64,000 nucleotides of DNA. Origin: Actinomycetes bacterium (GTDB taxonomy: Bacteria; Actinomycetota; CADDZG01; JAHWKV01). The position numbers and the translations under genes are program-made. The notes beneath the pieces were generated by a model. The model made no database searches and was not told the DNA's origin. It saw only the letters and a list, made by a program, of their open reading frames with translations. How positions within the stretch are numbered: the stretch's first letter is position 1; each line of letters starts with the position of its first letter. The DNA is taken from contig JAJCYE010000019.1 of assembly GCA_029263075.1 (NCBI GenBank), forward strand, positions 10,454 to 74,453. The letters are read 5' to 3'. Shown piece after piece: positions 40,073 to 50,270 of this stretch.

Positions 40073-41014
40073 ATGCCTAGAGATGATGGTTTGTTGAAGA
40101 TCGGGATCTCCCAGTGCCTGTTGGGAGCCGAGGTCCGCTACGACGGCGGCCACAAGCGGAACAGCTTCATCGTTGATCTGTTGGGCCCGTATTTTTCCTG
40201 GGTCCCGGTGTGCCCCGAGGTGGAGGCCGGAATGGGGGTTCCCCGGGAAGCGGTATCGCTGCGTTCCTCCGAAGGCGGCCCCCGGGTGGTCGGCAGTGAG
40301 ACGGGTACGGACCACACCGAGGCATTGGAGCGGTTCACAGTCCAAAAGCTCGAAGACCTTGCCGGCGTCCCGTTGAGGGGGTACGTACTCAAAAGCGGTT
40401 CGCCGAGCTGCGGCAAAGCGGTTCCGGTGGAGGGTGCCGAGCCGGCGCCGGGTCTTTTTGCCCAGGCCCTGCGAAAACGGTTTCCCTCCCTGCCGGTGGT
40501 TGAAGAAACCGAGTTGGCCGACTCCGCGGGCCGTCAGAACTTCGCCGAACGGGTTTTCGCCTACGACCGGCAGCAAAATTTCTTCACGAGCCAGCGCAGT
40601 ATCGGCCAGTTGGTCATGTCGCACGCCCAGGTAAAACTCCAACTCGAGGCCCACAGGCCGGGCCTCCACGACGAGGTGGCTGAGACCTTCAAGCAGGCGA
40701 ATGGGTTGTCTTACGAAGAGTTGGGGGCCCGATATCTGGCCGCCATGATGAAGGCGTTGGAGGAGCCGGCTACCCCGGCTGGTCACTTCGCCGTCCTCAA
40801 GACGATTTTTGAAGGGGTCCGCAAGAACGTGGAACCGGCGGTCCAAAAGGAGCTGGCCAGGGCGCTGCAGGATTACAGGCAGGGAAACGTCCCGCTGGCG
40901 GTCCCCCTGACCCTCTTAAGACACTACGTGAGGGTCCAGGAGAACCCGTTCTTCAACAGCCAGACCTACCTGGAGCCGGAGCCGAAGGAACTGTTGTTGA
41001 GAATCACGGTTTAG
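40073..41014 (+). CDS. DUF523 + DUF1722 fusion (YbbK/TudS-like 2-thiouracil desulfidase domain + YbgA domain)
   Basis: GISQCLLG..VRYDGGHK, VCPEV..GMGVPRE and KSGSPSCG motifs; C-terminal PLAVPLTLLRHY...QTYLEP.P.EL. Confidence 0.88.
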   Translation: MPRDDGLLKIGISQCLLGAEVRYDGGHKRNSFIVDLLGPYFSWVPVCPEVEAGMGVPREAVSLRSSEGGPRVVGSETGTDHTEALERFTVQKLEDLAGVPLRGYVLKSGSPSCGKAVPVEGAEPAPGLFAQALRKRFPSLPVVEETELADSAGRQNFAERVFAYDRQQNFFTSQRSIGQLVMSHAQVKLQLEAHRPGLHDEVAETFKQANGLSYEELGARYLAAMMKALEEPATPAGHFAVLKTIFEGVRKNVEPAVQKELARALQDYRQGNVPLAVPLTLLRHYVRVQENPFFNSQTYLEPEPKELLLRITV

Positions 41015-41021
41015 CGGACGA

Positions 41022-43721
41022 TCAGTCTTTGCCGATTCCCTCAAGCACTATCTTTACCGTCGCCTTGGCGTAGTTGTCGTCCTGCGGGTCGTGGCCGTTG
41101 GGTGCGAGCCCGTGGGCGGCCAAAGCCCCGATCAGAAGTTGCGCTGCGTGGTCCGGGTGAGCCGTCTTGCTGATTCTTCCCATCCTTTGTTCCAGGGCGA
41201 GATAACCGCTGACCCGGGAGACGTCAACCACCTGACCATCGCCATCTCCCGACCGGAAGTGTAGGTAGGTCGCTTCCGCGACCTGTTCGAGGTTCGATCT
41301 CACGTCTCCGATGCCCGCTTTGAACGGCAGGTCCCGGAGTAGGTGGTCGAGTTCGGACGGGGAGCGCTCGCGGTCGCTTCGGGGCGTGATCCCTGAAGAC
41401 CCAGGGGCGGCAGCCGATTGGTAAGCAGGGTGCCTGGGGAACGCGGCCTGCGGCCGGGCCTCTACGGTCCGGTAGTTGCGGTCCCCGGACCCCGCAGCAA
41501 CTGCGGCACTATCGCCGTTGTCGAAGTCCCCGGCGGTCGGGGGAAGGGCCCCGGGGTGGTCTTCGCCCTCGATGCTGATGTTCGGCAGTATCTTGTCGAG
41601 CCACCTGGGCAGGTACCAGTTGGCCTCTCCCAGCAACTCCATGGTTGCCGGTACCAGCACCATGCGGACCAATGTGGCATCGATGAGGACTGCCGCCGCC
41701 AGGCCGAGCCCAACCAGCTTGGCGTTCGGGTCGTCGCCCAGTACGAATGAGAAGAAGACGGTAACCATGATCGCGGCCGCTGCGGTGATGACCCGGGCGG
41801 TGCCGGCTAGCCCGTCGGCCACGGCCTCTGCGTTCGGTTTGCCGTTGTCGTGCTCTTCTTTGATCCTGGAGAGCAGGAAGACCTCGTAGTCCATGGAAAG
41901 CCCGAACAGGATGGCGAACAGCAACATCGGGCTGAACGCAGCAATGGGTCCGGTGCGGTCGACACCGATCGATTCCGCCGGCCACCAGCCCCACTGGAAG
42001 ACTGCGACAAGCACACCGAAGGCAGAGCCGATGGCGATGATGTTCATGATCGCCGCCTTCAGGGGCACCAGGACCGATCGGAATGCGGCCATCAGCAGCA
42101 GGAAGCTGAGGAGAATGACCCCGCCGAAGAAGTAGGGAAGACGTTCGGTCAGTTTGTCGGTTAGGTCCACGCCGATCGCGGCCGCTCCACCGGCATGTAT
42201 GACCAGGCCGTCTCCGGCCGCCGGGGCGATCAATTCCTCCCTGAGGTGCCGGACCAGATCATCGGTCCTTTCGTCCTGCGGAGCGAACTTGCTGAATACC
42301 TGGATGACGGCCGCAGTTGGATTTTCAGGGTCGTTGGGGATGACCGGGCTTACGGCGGCAACGCCGGGATCGGCGGCCAGGTCGCCCGCAAGTTGTTGCA
42401 GCCGGGGTAGGGATTCGGCCGAGTCGAAGCTTGCCGCGACCAGCAAAGGCCCGTTGGTCCCGGGGCCGAACGCCTCGGTGAGCAGGTCGTAGGCCCGGCG
42501 GCTGGTCAACTCTTTGGGACCGTTGCCGGCGTCCTGGTTGCCGAGGCGGATGCTGAAGGCAGGGGCGGCCAGTGCCCCCAAAACTGCCAGGCACAGGACG
42601 GCCGCGACGATCGGGTGCCTTTGAATGTAGCGGCTCCACCGGTACCAGAACCCGGCCTCAGGCGGCTTGGCCGGCTTTCCCTTGCGCTTGAAGTGAACGG
42701 AGAGGCTGTCGATGCGCCGGCCGACCAGAGACATCAGGGCCGGTAGCAGGGTTATGGATGCCAGCATGGTGACGAGCACCGAAATGCCGGCGCCTACCGC
42801 CAGTCCGTTGATGAAGGACAACTCCATCAAGAACATGCCCATCAGGCTGATGATCACGGTTATTCCGGCGAACACGACCGCACGACCTGCGGTGCTCATG
42901 GCCTTCACCACCGCGGCCTCGACATCCATGCCCTGATTGAGGTTCTGGCGGTAACGCGTGACGATAAAAAGTGCGTAGTCGATCCCGACACCCAGGCCGA
43001 TCATGGCCGACACCAGCGGCGCAAAGGTCACCACGTCCATGTACCGGGCCAATAGGGTAAGGCTCATAAAGCCGATGCCGACGCTGAACAGCGCAGTGAA
43101 GATCGGCAGTCCCATGGCGAGGACGGACCCGAAGGAGATCAGCAGGATAAAGACCGCTGCGATGATTCCGATGATCTCGTTGATGCCGATCGTCGGCGCG
43201 AGTTCCTGGAACGGAGGACCTCCGAACTCGATGGTCAGGTCGTCGCCCGGCTTGGCTGCCTCTTTTACGGCCTCTTCAATCTCATCGGAGAGTTCCAGTG
43301 GGAGTTGTACGGCAAGGCGGTCGAACTGCATCTCGGCATAGGCGATCTTGCCCGCCGAAGCGCCGACCCGGGCGATCTGGCTGGCGGCACCCTGCGGGCT
43401 GTAGGGGCTGACTATCCCCACCAGGTATTCGCCGCTGGCCTCTTCGGCGGCTGCGAACCCGGCCTCCATCCGCTCCCTGACCGCTTCAATGTCGCCGGTG
43501 GTCTTGAATACGATTTGCCCGGAGTCCCCCGCACGCGCCGGCATCTTCTCTTCTAGGATGTCGACCGTCTTTTGGGTCTCGGTGCCCGGCAGGCTGAAGT
43601 TGTTGCTGAGCTTGCCGCCCTCAGTGATTGAGAGCACTACTGTTCCGGCAAGGATGAGGATCCAAATCAGGAACATCAGCCATTTGTGCCGGAAGCTGAA
43701 GCGGGCGAGACCTTCTAGCAA
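41022..43721 (-). CDS. MMPL-family (RND) transporter with a long C-terminal extension
   Basis: GLGVGIDYALFIV.RYR, TAGRAVVFAG, FGLSMDYEVFLLSRIKE and LLG..NW.LP.WLD motifs, plus about 180 extra C-terminal residues. Confidence 0.93.
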   Translation of the reverse strand: MLEGLARFSFRHKWLMFLIWILILAGTVVLSITEGGKLSNNFSLPGTETQKTVDILEEKMPARAGDSGQIVFKTTGDIEAVRERMEAGFAAAEEASGEYLVGIVSPYSPQGAASQIARVGASAGKIAYAEMQFDRLAVQLPLELSDEIEEAVKEAAKPGDDLTIEFGGPPFQELAPTIGINEIIGIIAAVFILLISFGSVLAMGLPIFTALFSVGIGFMSLTLLARYMDVVTFAPLVSAMIGLGVGIDYALFIVTRYRQNLNQGMDVEAAVVKAMSTAGRAVVFAGITVIISLMGMFLMELSFINGLAVGAGISVLVTMLASITLLPALMSLVGRRIDSLSVHFKRKGKPAKPPEAGFWYRWSRYIQRHPIVAAVLCLAVLGALAAPAFSIRLGNQDAGNGPKELTSRRAYDLLTEAFGPGTNGPLLVAASFDSAESLPRLQQLAGDLAADPGVAAVSPVIPNDPENPTAAVIQVFSKFAPQDERTDDLVRHLREELIAPAAGDGLVIHAGGAAAIGVDLTDKLTERLPYFFGGVILLSFLLLMAAFRSVLVPLKAAIMNIIAIGSAFGVLVAVFQWGWWPAESIGVDRTGPIAAFSPMLLFAILFGLSMDYEVFLLSRIKEEHDNGKPNAEAVADGLAGTARVITAAAAIMVTVFFSFVLGDDPNAKLVGLGLAAAVLIDATLVRMVLVPATMELLGEANWYLPRWLDKILPNISIEGEDHPGALPPTAGDFDNGDSAAVAAGSGDRNYRTVEARPQAAFPRHPAYQSAAAPGSSGITPRSDRERSPSELDHLLRDLPFKAGIGDVRSNLEQVAEATYLHFRSGDGDGQVVDVSRVSGYLALEQRMGRISKTAHPDHAAQLLIGALAAHGLAPNGHDPQDDNYAKATVKIVLEGIGKD

Positions 43722-44050
43722 CGTCTACCTCCAAACAGGTTGTGAAAAGGGGACCGGTGCGGAGTTTCCGGGACCATTATGTGGCGGGAGCACCGGCCCG
43801 GACAAAACGCCTCTTTACCTGCGCCCCGCCGGAGGTGCCCGGAGACTGCGGCTGCCGGCCCTTTGCCGAGCCCCGGAGGTTGGGACCGGCCGCCGCCCTC
43901 TTTGGGGGCGTGGCCCGAAATGGGCGGCTTTTTGGGGCGCCCTGAGCGCGCCTAATTCGTCCGGGCGGTAGCGGCCTATTGGGCGCGAGGATCAGGTGTG
44001 TTCGTTGCTAGGTGGCTTCCGGGGGCCCGGAGCCTGAGGAGTTGGTGTTG

Positions 44051-44494
44051 TCAGGCTCCGTGCTTCTCGTTATGAACCTTCACACCTTCCAGGAAGGTGT
44101 TCCAGCCGAGCAGCGCACACTTGATGCGCACCGGGTACTTCTGAACTCCCTGCAGTGCCAGCAGGTCACCCAGCGCGTCCTCATCCTCGGCCGCTTCTCC
44201 CTGCATCATGGACTTGAACGTGTTGGCCAACTCCTCCGCCTCGGCGATGGACAGGCCCTTGAGCTTCTCGGTCATCATCGAAACCGATGCCTGGGAGATG
44301 GAGCACCCCCGGCCCTCAAAGCCGACGTTGGTGACCCGGCCGTCCTCGATGTCGACGTAAAGGTCGATTTCGTCCCCGCACAGGGGGTTGTCCCGGTGCA
44401 GGTGGACGTCGGCATTTTCGATCTTGGCCCGGTTGCGCGGGGTCCTGTAGTGATCGAGGATTACTTCCTTATAAAGGTCTTCAAGGTCGCTCAA
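44051..44494 (-). CDS. sufU: SufU sulfur-transfer/Fe-S assembly protein
   Basis: LY.EVILDHY..PRN, NPLCGD, GCSISQAS and RIKCALL motifs; AAGGAGG SD with TTG start. Confidence 0.92.
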   Translation of the reverse strand: MSDLEDLYKEVILDHYRTPRNRAKIENADVHLHRDNPLCGDEIDLYVDIEDGRVTNVGFEGRGCSISQASVSMMTEKLKGLSIAEAEELANTFKSMMQGEAAEDEDALGDLLALQGVQKYPVRIKCALLGWNTFLEGVKVHNEKHGA

Positions 44495-44507
44495 CGGCTG
44501 GCCCTCC

Positions 44508-45728
44508 TTAGCCGAACATCTTTCGGCAACTCTCCAGGGCGTCAACAAGGGCGTCGACATCGCTATGAGTGTTGTAAATGTAAAAAGAAGCGCGATTGGT
44601 CGCGCCTACCCCCAGTTTACGCATGAGCGGCTTGGCGCAGTGATGACCGGCCCGGATGGCAACTCCCTTGCCGTCCAGGATTGTGCCGACGTCGTGCGGG
44701 TGGATGTCGTCGATGTTGAACGAAACCAGCCCGCCCTTTAGCTCGGCATCCGTCGGACCGTAGACGGTGATGTCGGGAAGCTCCGCAAGGCGATCGAGTG
44801 CGTACCGGGTTATCTCGATCTCGTGCCGGCGAATGGCTTCCCAGCCGAGGTTATTGAGGTAGTCGATAGCGGTGCTCAGGCCCACCGCTTGCGAGATCGG
44901 CGGGGTGCCGGCCTCGAACTTGTAGGGGATCTCGTTGTAGCTGGAGTGGTCGATCCACACGTCCAGGATCATGTCTCCGCCGCCGTGGAACGGCTCCATC
45001 TCCTCAAGGATGTGTTCGCGGCCCCAGAGGAATCCGATCCCGGTGGGGGCGCACATCTTGTGGCCGGTGCCGGCATAGAAGTCGCAGTCCAGCGAGGGGA
45101 TGTCGATTGCCATGTGGGGGACCGCCTGGGCGCCGTCACAAACGACTATCGCCCCGACGCGGTGGGCCTTGGCGGAGATTTCGGCGATCGGGTTGATCGT
45201 GCCGAGCACGTTGGAAACGTGGCAGACGGCCACGACCTTGGTCTTGTTGGAGAGCAGGCGGTCGTACTCGGCCATGTCCAGGACGCCGTTGTCGTCCACG
45301 GGGACGGCCTTGATTACCGCGCCGGTGTCTTTGCAGGCCAGTTGCCAAGAAACGATGTTGGAGTGGTGTTCCATCTCGGTGATCAGGACCTCATCGCCCT
45401 CGGAGAGGTGGTGCCGTCCCCATGCGTAGGCGACCAGGTTCAACGACTCGGTGGCCGATTTGGTGAAGATCAGACCGTTGGTGCCGGGGACTCCCAAAAG
45501 TGCGGCCAGTTTGGTGCGGGCCCCTTCAAAGAGTTCGGTTGCCCGCTGTCCGAGCGTGTGGACCGAGCGGTGGACGTTGGAGTTGTCCTCTTCCTCGAAC
45601 CGCTTGATCTCATCGATCACCGCCAGGGGACGGTGGGAAGTGGCGCCGTTGTCCAGGTAGACCAACGGATGCCCGTTGACCTGCTGAAAAAGCACCGGGA
45701 AATCCTTGCGGACTGCTTGGGGGTCCAT
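44508..45728 (-). CDS. sufS: Cysteine desulfurase SufS (class II)
   Basis: YLDNGATS, MEHHSN, GHKM, FEAGTP and RAGHHCA motifs. Confidence 0.95.
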   Translation of the reverse strand: MDPQAVRKDFPVLFQQVNGHPLVYLDNGATSHRPLAVIDEIKRFEEEDNSNVHRSVHTLGQRATELFEGARTKLAALLGVPGTNGLIFTKSATESLNLVAYAWGRHHLSEGDEVLITEMEHHSNIVSWQLACKDTGAVIKAVPVDDNGVLDMAEYDRLLSNKTKVVAVCHVSNVLGTINPIAEISAKAHRVGAIVVCDGAQAVPHMAIDIPSLDCDFYAGTGHKMCAPTGIGFLWGREHILEEMEPFHGGGDMILDVWIDHSSYNEIPYKFEAGTPPISQAVGLSTAIDYLNNLGWEAIRRHEIEITRYALDRLAELPDITVYGPTDAELKGGLVSFNIDDIHPHDVGTILDGKGVAIRAGHHCAKPLMRKLGVGATNRASFYIYNTHSDVDALVDALESCRKMFG

Positions 45729-45847
45729 GATCTAAATCCTACCCCCGACGGCCAAACTAGATTGCCGTTCGACGACGGTGTTACTCTCGACTGGAACGCG
45801 GCACGCAGGATTTGGTTCCGCAAAATACAGATTTCAAGGAGATTAAC

Positions 45848-46069
45848 GTGAAGACGGGAATTCACCCCGATTACAAGATGGCCACGGTGCACTGCTCCTG
45901 TGGAAACACCTTCGAGACCCGCTCGACCCTAACCGAGATGCGCACGGAACTCTGCTCCCAGTGCCACCCCTTCTACACGGGCAAGCAGAAGATGGTCGAC
46001 ACCGGAGGACGGATCGAGCGCTTCGAGCGCAAGTACGGCAAACGTGCCGGCGCCGCACCCGCCGAGTAG
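45848..46069 (+). CDS. rpmE: 50S ribosomal protein L31 (zinc-binding type)
   Basis: [20 protein letters not shown] and DTGGRIERF motifs. Confidence 0.96.
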   Translation: MKTGIHPDYKMATVHCSCGNTFETRSTLTEMRTELCSQCHPFYTGKQKMVDTGGRIERFERKYGKRAGAAPAE

Positions 46070-46134
46070 GGATCGCTTGTTCCGAGAAACCGAAAATCGC
46101 GCAAGGTCCGGCCTGTTTGCCATGAGCACCAGCA

Positions 46135-47142
46135 GTGGCGAGTAAACCCTCTATAGGGGGGCAGGCCGTGATGGAGGGCGTCATGATGCGCGGCCCCGAG
46201 TCATGGGCCGTTGCCGTGCGCAAGCCGAACAAAGACATTGCCGTCCACGCCTTCGCGCTTCCCGGTTACGGAGCGGAACACAAGTGGACCCGCAAGCCCC
46301 TTCTGCGTGGCGTATGGACCCTGGTCGAGTCGTTGAACCTCGGGTTCAAGGCGCTCAAGATTTCGGGTTCCTACGCGGTCGAGGAGGAGAACGACTCTCC
46401 GGAGGAGACCGCCAAGATCGAAAAGGCGATGAACGCAAGCCTGGGGATCGGCATGGTTATCATCCTGGCTTTGTTCGTCACCATCCCCGCCTTCATATCC
46501 AAGTGGGGCGGCAACCGGATCGGCGTGGAGGGCGACCTCCTTCAGAACCTGTTCGAGGGCGGCATCCGCATCAGCTTTTTCCTCGGGTACATTCTGTTGA
46601 TCTCACTGGTCCCCGACATCAAACGGGTGTTCCAGTACCACGGCGCCGAGCATAAGACGATTTATGCCTATGAAAACGATGATCCTATGGATCCCAAGGT
46701 CATCGACAGCTACTCCACCCTCCACGTCCGTTGCGGCACCAACTTCCTGTTCATAGTGATGTTTGTGGCGATCATCGGGCACTTCGTGGCCGACCTTTTG
46801 CTGGCCGACGCCGCTCTGCCCTTCAAATTGGCGGCCCGGGTATTCATGATCCCGGTGGTGGCGGGGCTTTCTTACGAAGTCATCCGGGCGGCGGGGAAGA
46901 ACGACCGCTCCATCATTTTCCGTACCGTCAGTCTTCCCGGCCTGGCTCTTCAGAAGATCACCACCCGTCCCCCGACGCTCGATCAGATAGAAGTTGCCAT
47001 CAAGGCGATGGAGGGCGTCATCAACCGCGTCGCCGCGGCCGAGCCTTCCACGGTAAAGATCTACGAGGTCGCCTCGCCGATCGAGCGTGCCGGTGACCTG
47101 CTGCACCCGGAAAAGGGCCTTCCCGGAGTGGAACCGGCTTAG
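46135..47142 (+). CDS. DUF1385 (YqhQ-like) membrane protein
   Basis: GGQAVMEGVMM, FQYHGAEHK and H.RCGTNF motifs. Confidence 0.9.
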   Translation: MASKPSIGGQAVMEGVMMRGPESWAVAVRKPNKDIAVHAFALPGYGAEHKWTRKPLLRGVWTLVESLNLGFKALKISGSYAVEEENDSPEETAKIEKAMNASLGIGMVIILALFVTIPAFISKWGGNRIGVEGDLLQNLFEGGIRISFFLGYILLISLVPDIKRVFQYHGAEHKTIYAYENDDPMDPKVIDSYSTLHVRCGTNFLFIVMFVAIIGHFVADLLLADAALPFKLAARVFMIPVVAGLSYEVIRAAGKNDRSIIFRTVSLPGLALQKITTRPPTLDQIEVAIKAMEGVINRVAAAEPSTVKIYEVASPIERAGDLLHPEKGLPGVEPA

Positions 47143-47201
47143 CCCCCAAGAGCATTTTGAGTACTACAGGCGCGTCCGGATCAGGAAGGGAACCAGTTCG
47201 A

Positions 47202-48278
47202 GTGAGTGATGCGTTGTTCGGCCGGCTAAGCGAGATAGACACGCGCTACCAGCAGGTCCAGGCCAAACTGATGGACCCAAATATCACGTCCAACGCCAAC
47301 CTTCTTCGCGAGCTGGGCAAGGAGAACTCCGAACTGGAGCCCACGGTGCTCACCTATCGGCGTTGGAAAGTGGCCTTGGAGGAGGTCGACGAGGCGCGCA
47401 AACTCCTGAACGAAACCTCCGATCCGGAGATGAGGCAGATGGCCGAAGCCGAGATCGACGAGCAGGGGGCTCTAGCCGCCAAATTGGAGGAGGAACTCAA
47501 GGTCCTGCTGGTGCCCACGGACCCCACCGACAGCAAGGACGTGATCGTTGAGGTGAAGGCGGGGGAAGGCGGAGACGAGTCGGCGCTCTTTGCCGGCGAA
47601 ATTTTCAAGATGTACGAGGGATACGCCGAACGACGGGGATGGAAGACCGAGGTCCTCAACTCCACCCCCTCCAATATGGGCGGTTTGAAGGACATCACCT
47701 TCGCCGTGAAGGGCAAGGGAGCCTACTCGAGGATGAAACACGAGGCGGGGGTTCACCGGGTGCAACGGGTTCCGGAGACCGAGTCCCAGGGCCGGCTACA
47801 CACCTCGGCAATCGGCGTGGTGGTCATGCCGGAAGCTGAGGAGGTGGAGATCCAGATCGACGCCAAAGATCTGAAATGGGATGTCTTCCGTTCGTCGGGA
47901 CCGGGCGGCCAGTCGGTTAACACCACCGACTCGGCGGTGCGCCTGACCCACCTTCCCACCAGCACGGTGGTCACCTGTCAGGATGAGAAGTCTCAACTAC
48001 AGAACCGGGACAAGGCGCTGCGCATCATGAGGGCGCGCCTGCACCAGATTGAGCTGGACCGCCGGGCCGCGGAGGACTCCGCCGCCCGCAAGAACCAGGT
48101 CAAAAGTGTTGATCGCTCGGAGAAGATCCGGACCTACAACTTTCCTCAAAACCGGGTTACCGACCACCGGGTGAAGGTCTCCGTCCACAACGTCCCTGAG
48201 GTGATGAGCGGCGGGTTGGACCCGTTCATCGACGCCCTGATAGCCAAGTTGAGAACCGAGCAGCTGACCGGCGAATAA
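47202..48278 (+). CDS. prfA: Peptide chain release factor 1
   Basis: HRVQRVPETES (PxT), SGPGGQSVN and RSEKIRTYN motifs. Confidence 0.96.
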   Translation: MSDALFGRLSEIDTRYQQVQAKLMDPNITSNANLLRELGKENSELEPTVLTYRRWKVALEEVDEARKLLNETSDPEMRQMAEAEIDEQGALAAKLEEELKVLLVPTDPTDSKDVIVEVKAGEGGDESALFAGEIFKMYEGYAERRGWKTEVLNSTPSNMGGLKDITFAVKGKGAYSRMKHEAGVHRVQRVPETESQGRLHTSAIGVVVMPEAEEVEIQIDAKDLKWDVFRSSGPGGQSVNTTDSAVRLTHLPTSTVVTCQDEKSQLQNRDKALRIMRARLHQIELDRRAAEDSAARKNQVKSVDRSEKIRTYNFPQNRVTDHRVKVSVHNVPEVMSGGLDPFIDALIAKLRTEQLTGE

Positions 48279-49135
48279 TGCAGTACACGATCGGGAAGGT
48301 TCTCGACGCCGCCACCCTCGATCTTCAGCGCCGTTGCCCGACCGGTGCCCGCAACGAGGCGGAGATCCTGGTGGGACACGTTTTGGGTATCAGGCGAGCC
48401 GACCTGTACGCCGGCATCGACGAGCCGGTGGCGGCCACCCAGGTGGCACGGTTGGACCAGATGGTGGCCGCTCGCTGCTCCGGCCGGCCCCTGCAGTACA
48501 TCACCGGCGTCCAGGGTTTCCGGGGACTGACGCTGAAGGTTGGACCGGGGGTCCTGGTGCCCCGCCCGGAGACCGAGATGTTGGTGCAGCGGTGCCTGGA
48601 GATCCTTGAGGGATCCGACGGACCGCTGGTTTTGGACATCGGCACCGGTTCGGGCGCAATCGCCCTGTCTCTGGCCACGGAGCGACCCGATTGCCGCGTC
48701 CGGGCTACCGAGATCAGCGAAGATGCCTTCAGGTGGGCGGGCACAAACCTTCGGGAGTCGGGCTTGACCAATGTCGAGCTGCACTTCGGGGATCTTTTTT
48801 CGCCGCTCCCCAGACTTGAGAAGGGAAAGTTCGATTTGGTCGTTTCCAACCCCCCGTACCTGTCTCAGGACGTTTGGATGAACGCACCCGCCGAGGTGCG
48901 GGAGCATGAACCGCAGTTGGCGCTGCTGGCGGGCGACGAGGGGATGCGGACCTGCGTCAAGATCATTGATGAGGGCGCCGGTTGGTTGGCGTCCGGCGGT
49001 CACCTGGTTATGGAGACCGCGGGCCTTGAGCAGTGGGAGAATTTGAGCATGTGGTTCGGTAAACAGTTCGAAGATGTCCGGATTACCGACGATCTGGCCG
49101 GCAGGCCTCGTTTTGTTGAGGGGAGGAAGCCATAG
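48278..49135 (+). CDS. prmC: Release factor glutamine methyltransferase
   Basis: PRPETE, DIGTGSGAI and SNPPY motifs. Confidence 0.95.
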   Translation: MQYTIGKVLDAATLDLQRRCPTGARNEAEILVGHVLGIRRADLYAGIDEPVAATQVARLDQMVAARCSGRPLQYITGVQGFRGLTLKVGPGVLVPRPETEMLVQRCLEILEGSDGPLVLDIGTGSGAIALSLATERPDCRVRATEISEDAFRWAGTNLRESGLTNVELHFGDLFSPLPRLEKGKFDLVVSNPPYLSQDVWMNAPAEVREHEPQLALLAGDEGMRTCVKIIDEGAGWLASGGHLVMETAGLEQWENLSMWFGKQFEDVRITDDLAGRPRFVEGRKP

Positions 49136-49695
49136 CCACCATCCTGTCTGCCCGGTCGCGCACCGCCCTGTACAAGACCGCCAAGGTGCTCGAGGAGGGG
49201 GGAGTGGTGGTCATCCCCACCGACACCGTCTACGGAGTAGCGGCTCGCTTGGACCGGCCGAAAGCCATCGATAAAATTTTCAAGTTGAAGGGCCGGGCGC
49301 GCTCTAAGCCCCTGCCCATCCTGGTCCCCGACATTAAAACCGCACGCCTGCTCGGCGAGTTCGATAAAGAGGCGCTCGAGATGGCCATGCGCAGTTGGCC
49401 CGGCCCGGTGACCATTGTGGTCAGGACCACCGAGGACGTCCCCGACATCGGGGGCGACGGGACGACGGTCGGCCTTAGGATCCCGAACCACCCGTTTACC
49501 CTGGAACTGCTGCGCGATTGTGGGCCGATGGTTGCCACCAGCGCCAACCCAAGCGGCAACCCGACCGCAGCCGTCCTACAGGAGGTGCTGCTGGATTTGG
49601 GCACTGGTCCGGGTATTTACGTCGACGGTGGGATGCTCAGTTCGCCGCCTTCCAAGGTGATCTCCATGCTCGGGGAACCCCGGATCCTGCGCTAG
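49132..49695 (+). CDS. tsaC: Threonylcarbamoyl-AMP synthase (YrdC/Sua5); probable ATA start (first canonical start GTG 49186)
   Basis: PTDTVYG, KGR...KPL, WPGPVT and TSANPSG motifs. An in-frame ATA at 49132 overlaps the prmC TAG, with GGAGG 5 nt upstream. Confidence 0.88.
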   Translation: MATILSARSRTALYKTAKVLEEGGVVVIPTDTVYGVAARLDRPKAIDKIFKLKGRARSKPLPILVPDIKTARLLGEFDKEALEMAMRSWPGPVTIVVRTTEDVPDIGGDGTTVGLRIPNHPFTLELLRDCGPMVATSANPSGNPTAAVLQEVLLDLGTGPGIYVDGGMLSSPPSKVISMLGEPRILR

Positions 49696-49767
49696 TTGAC
49701 CGCTCCGGTCGGCCCCCGGGACGACACCCGGTCCGGCGATCCGGGAAAAGATTGTAGAGTTACCCCC

Positions 49768-50229
49768 GTGAAAATAGCGATCGCATCCGACCACGCGGGG
49801 TATGCCCTGAAGTCCGCCCTGGTCGAGTACCTAACCGGTCAGGGCCACGAGATCATCGACTGCGGCACGGACTCCGAGGTTTCCGTCGATTACCCGAAGT
49901 TCTGCGCCGCCGCCGCCCGGGCCGTTGTCCGTGGAGAGGCGGAGCGGGGAATTGTTTTAGGAGGCAGCGGCCAAGGTGAACAGCTGGCGGCCAACAAGGT
50001 CCACGGGGCCCGGGCCGCTCTGTGCAACGAACTGTGGACCGCCAGGATGTGCCGGCTCCACAACGACGCCAACCTGCTGGCAATGGGGGCCCGGATAGTG
50101 ACGACCCACATGGCCTACGAAATAGCGGATCTGTTCCTGGCCACTGAATTCGAGGGTGGCCGGCACCAGCCGAGGGTGGACCAGATCCATCAGATCGAGA
50201 TTGAGGAGTGCGAGGGGCGGTCTCGCTAG
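49768..50229 (+). CDS. rpiB: Ribose-5-phosphate isomerase B
   Basis: ASDHAG, DYP, GGSGQGE, ANKV.G.RAA, HNDAN and GGRH..R motifs. Confidence 0.94.
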   Translation: MKIAIASDHAGYALKSALVEYLTGQGHEIIDCGTDSEVSVDYPKFCAAAARAVVRGEAERGIVLGGSGQGEQLAANKVHGARAALCNELWTARMCRLHNDANLLAMGARIVTTHMAYEIADLFLATEFEGGRHQPRVDQIHQIEIEECEGRSR

Positions 50230-50270
50230 CCCCGGGCGCCTAAGCTGATTTCAGCGGGCTCTCGCCCGGG

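Noticed and set aside
39965-40846. 340-aa minus-strand ORF 39824-40846
   Set aside because: Only the last 46 codons (metallothionein, with its own SD) look real; the rest is antisense to DUF523-DUF1722.
43722-44050. GC-rich intergenic region with weak hairpins
   Set aside because: No identifiable RNA family or credible ORF.
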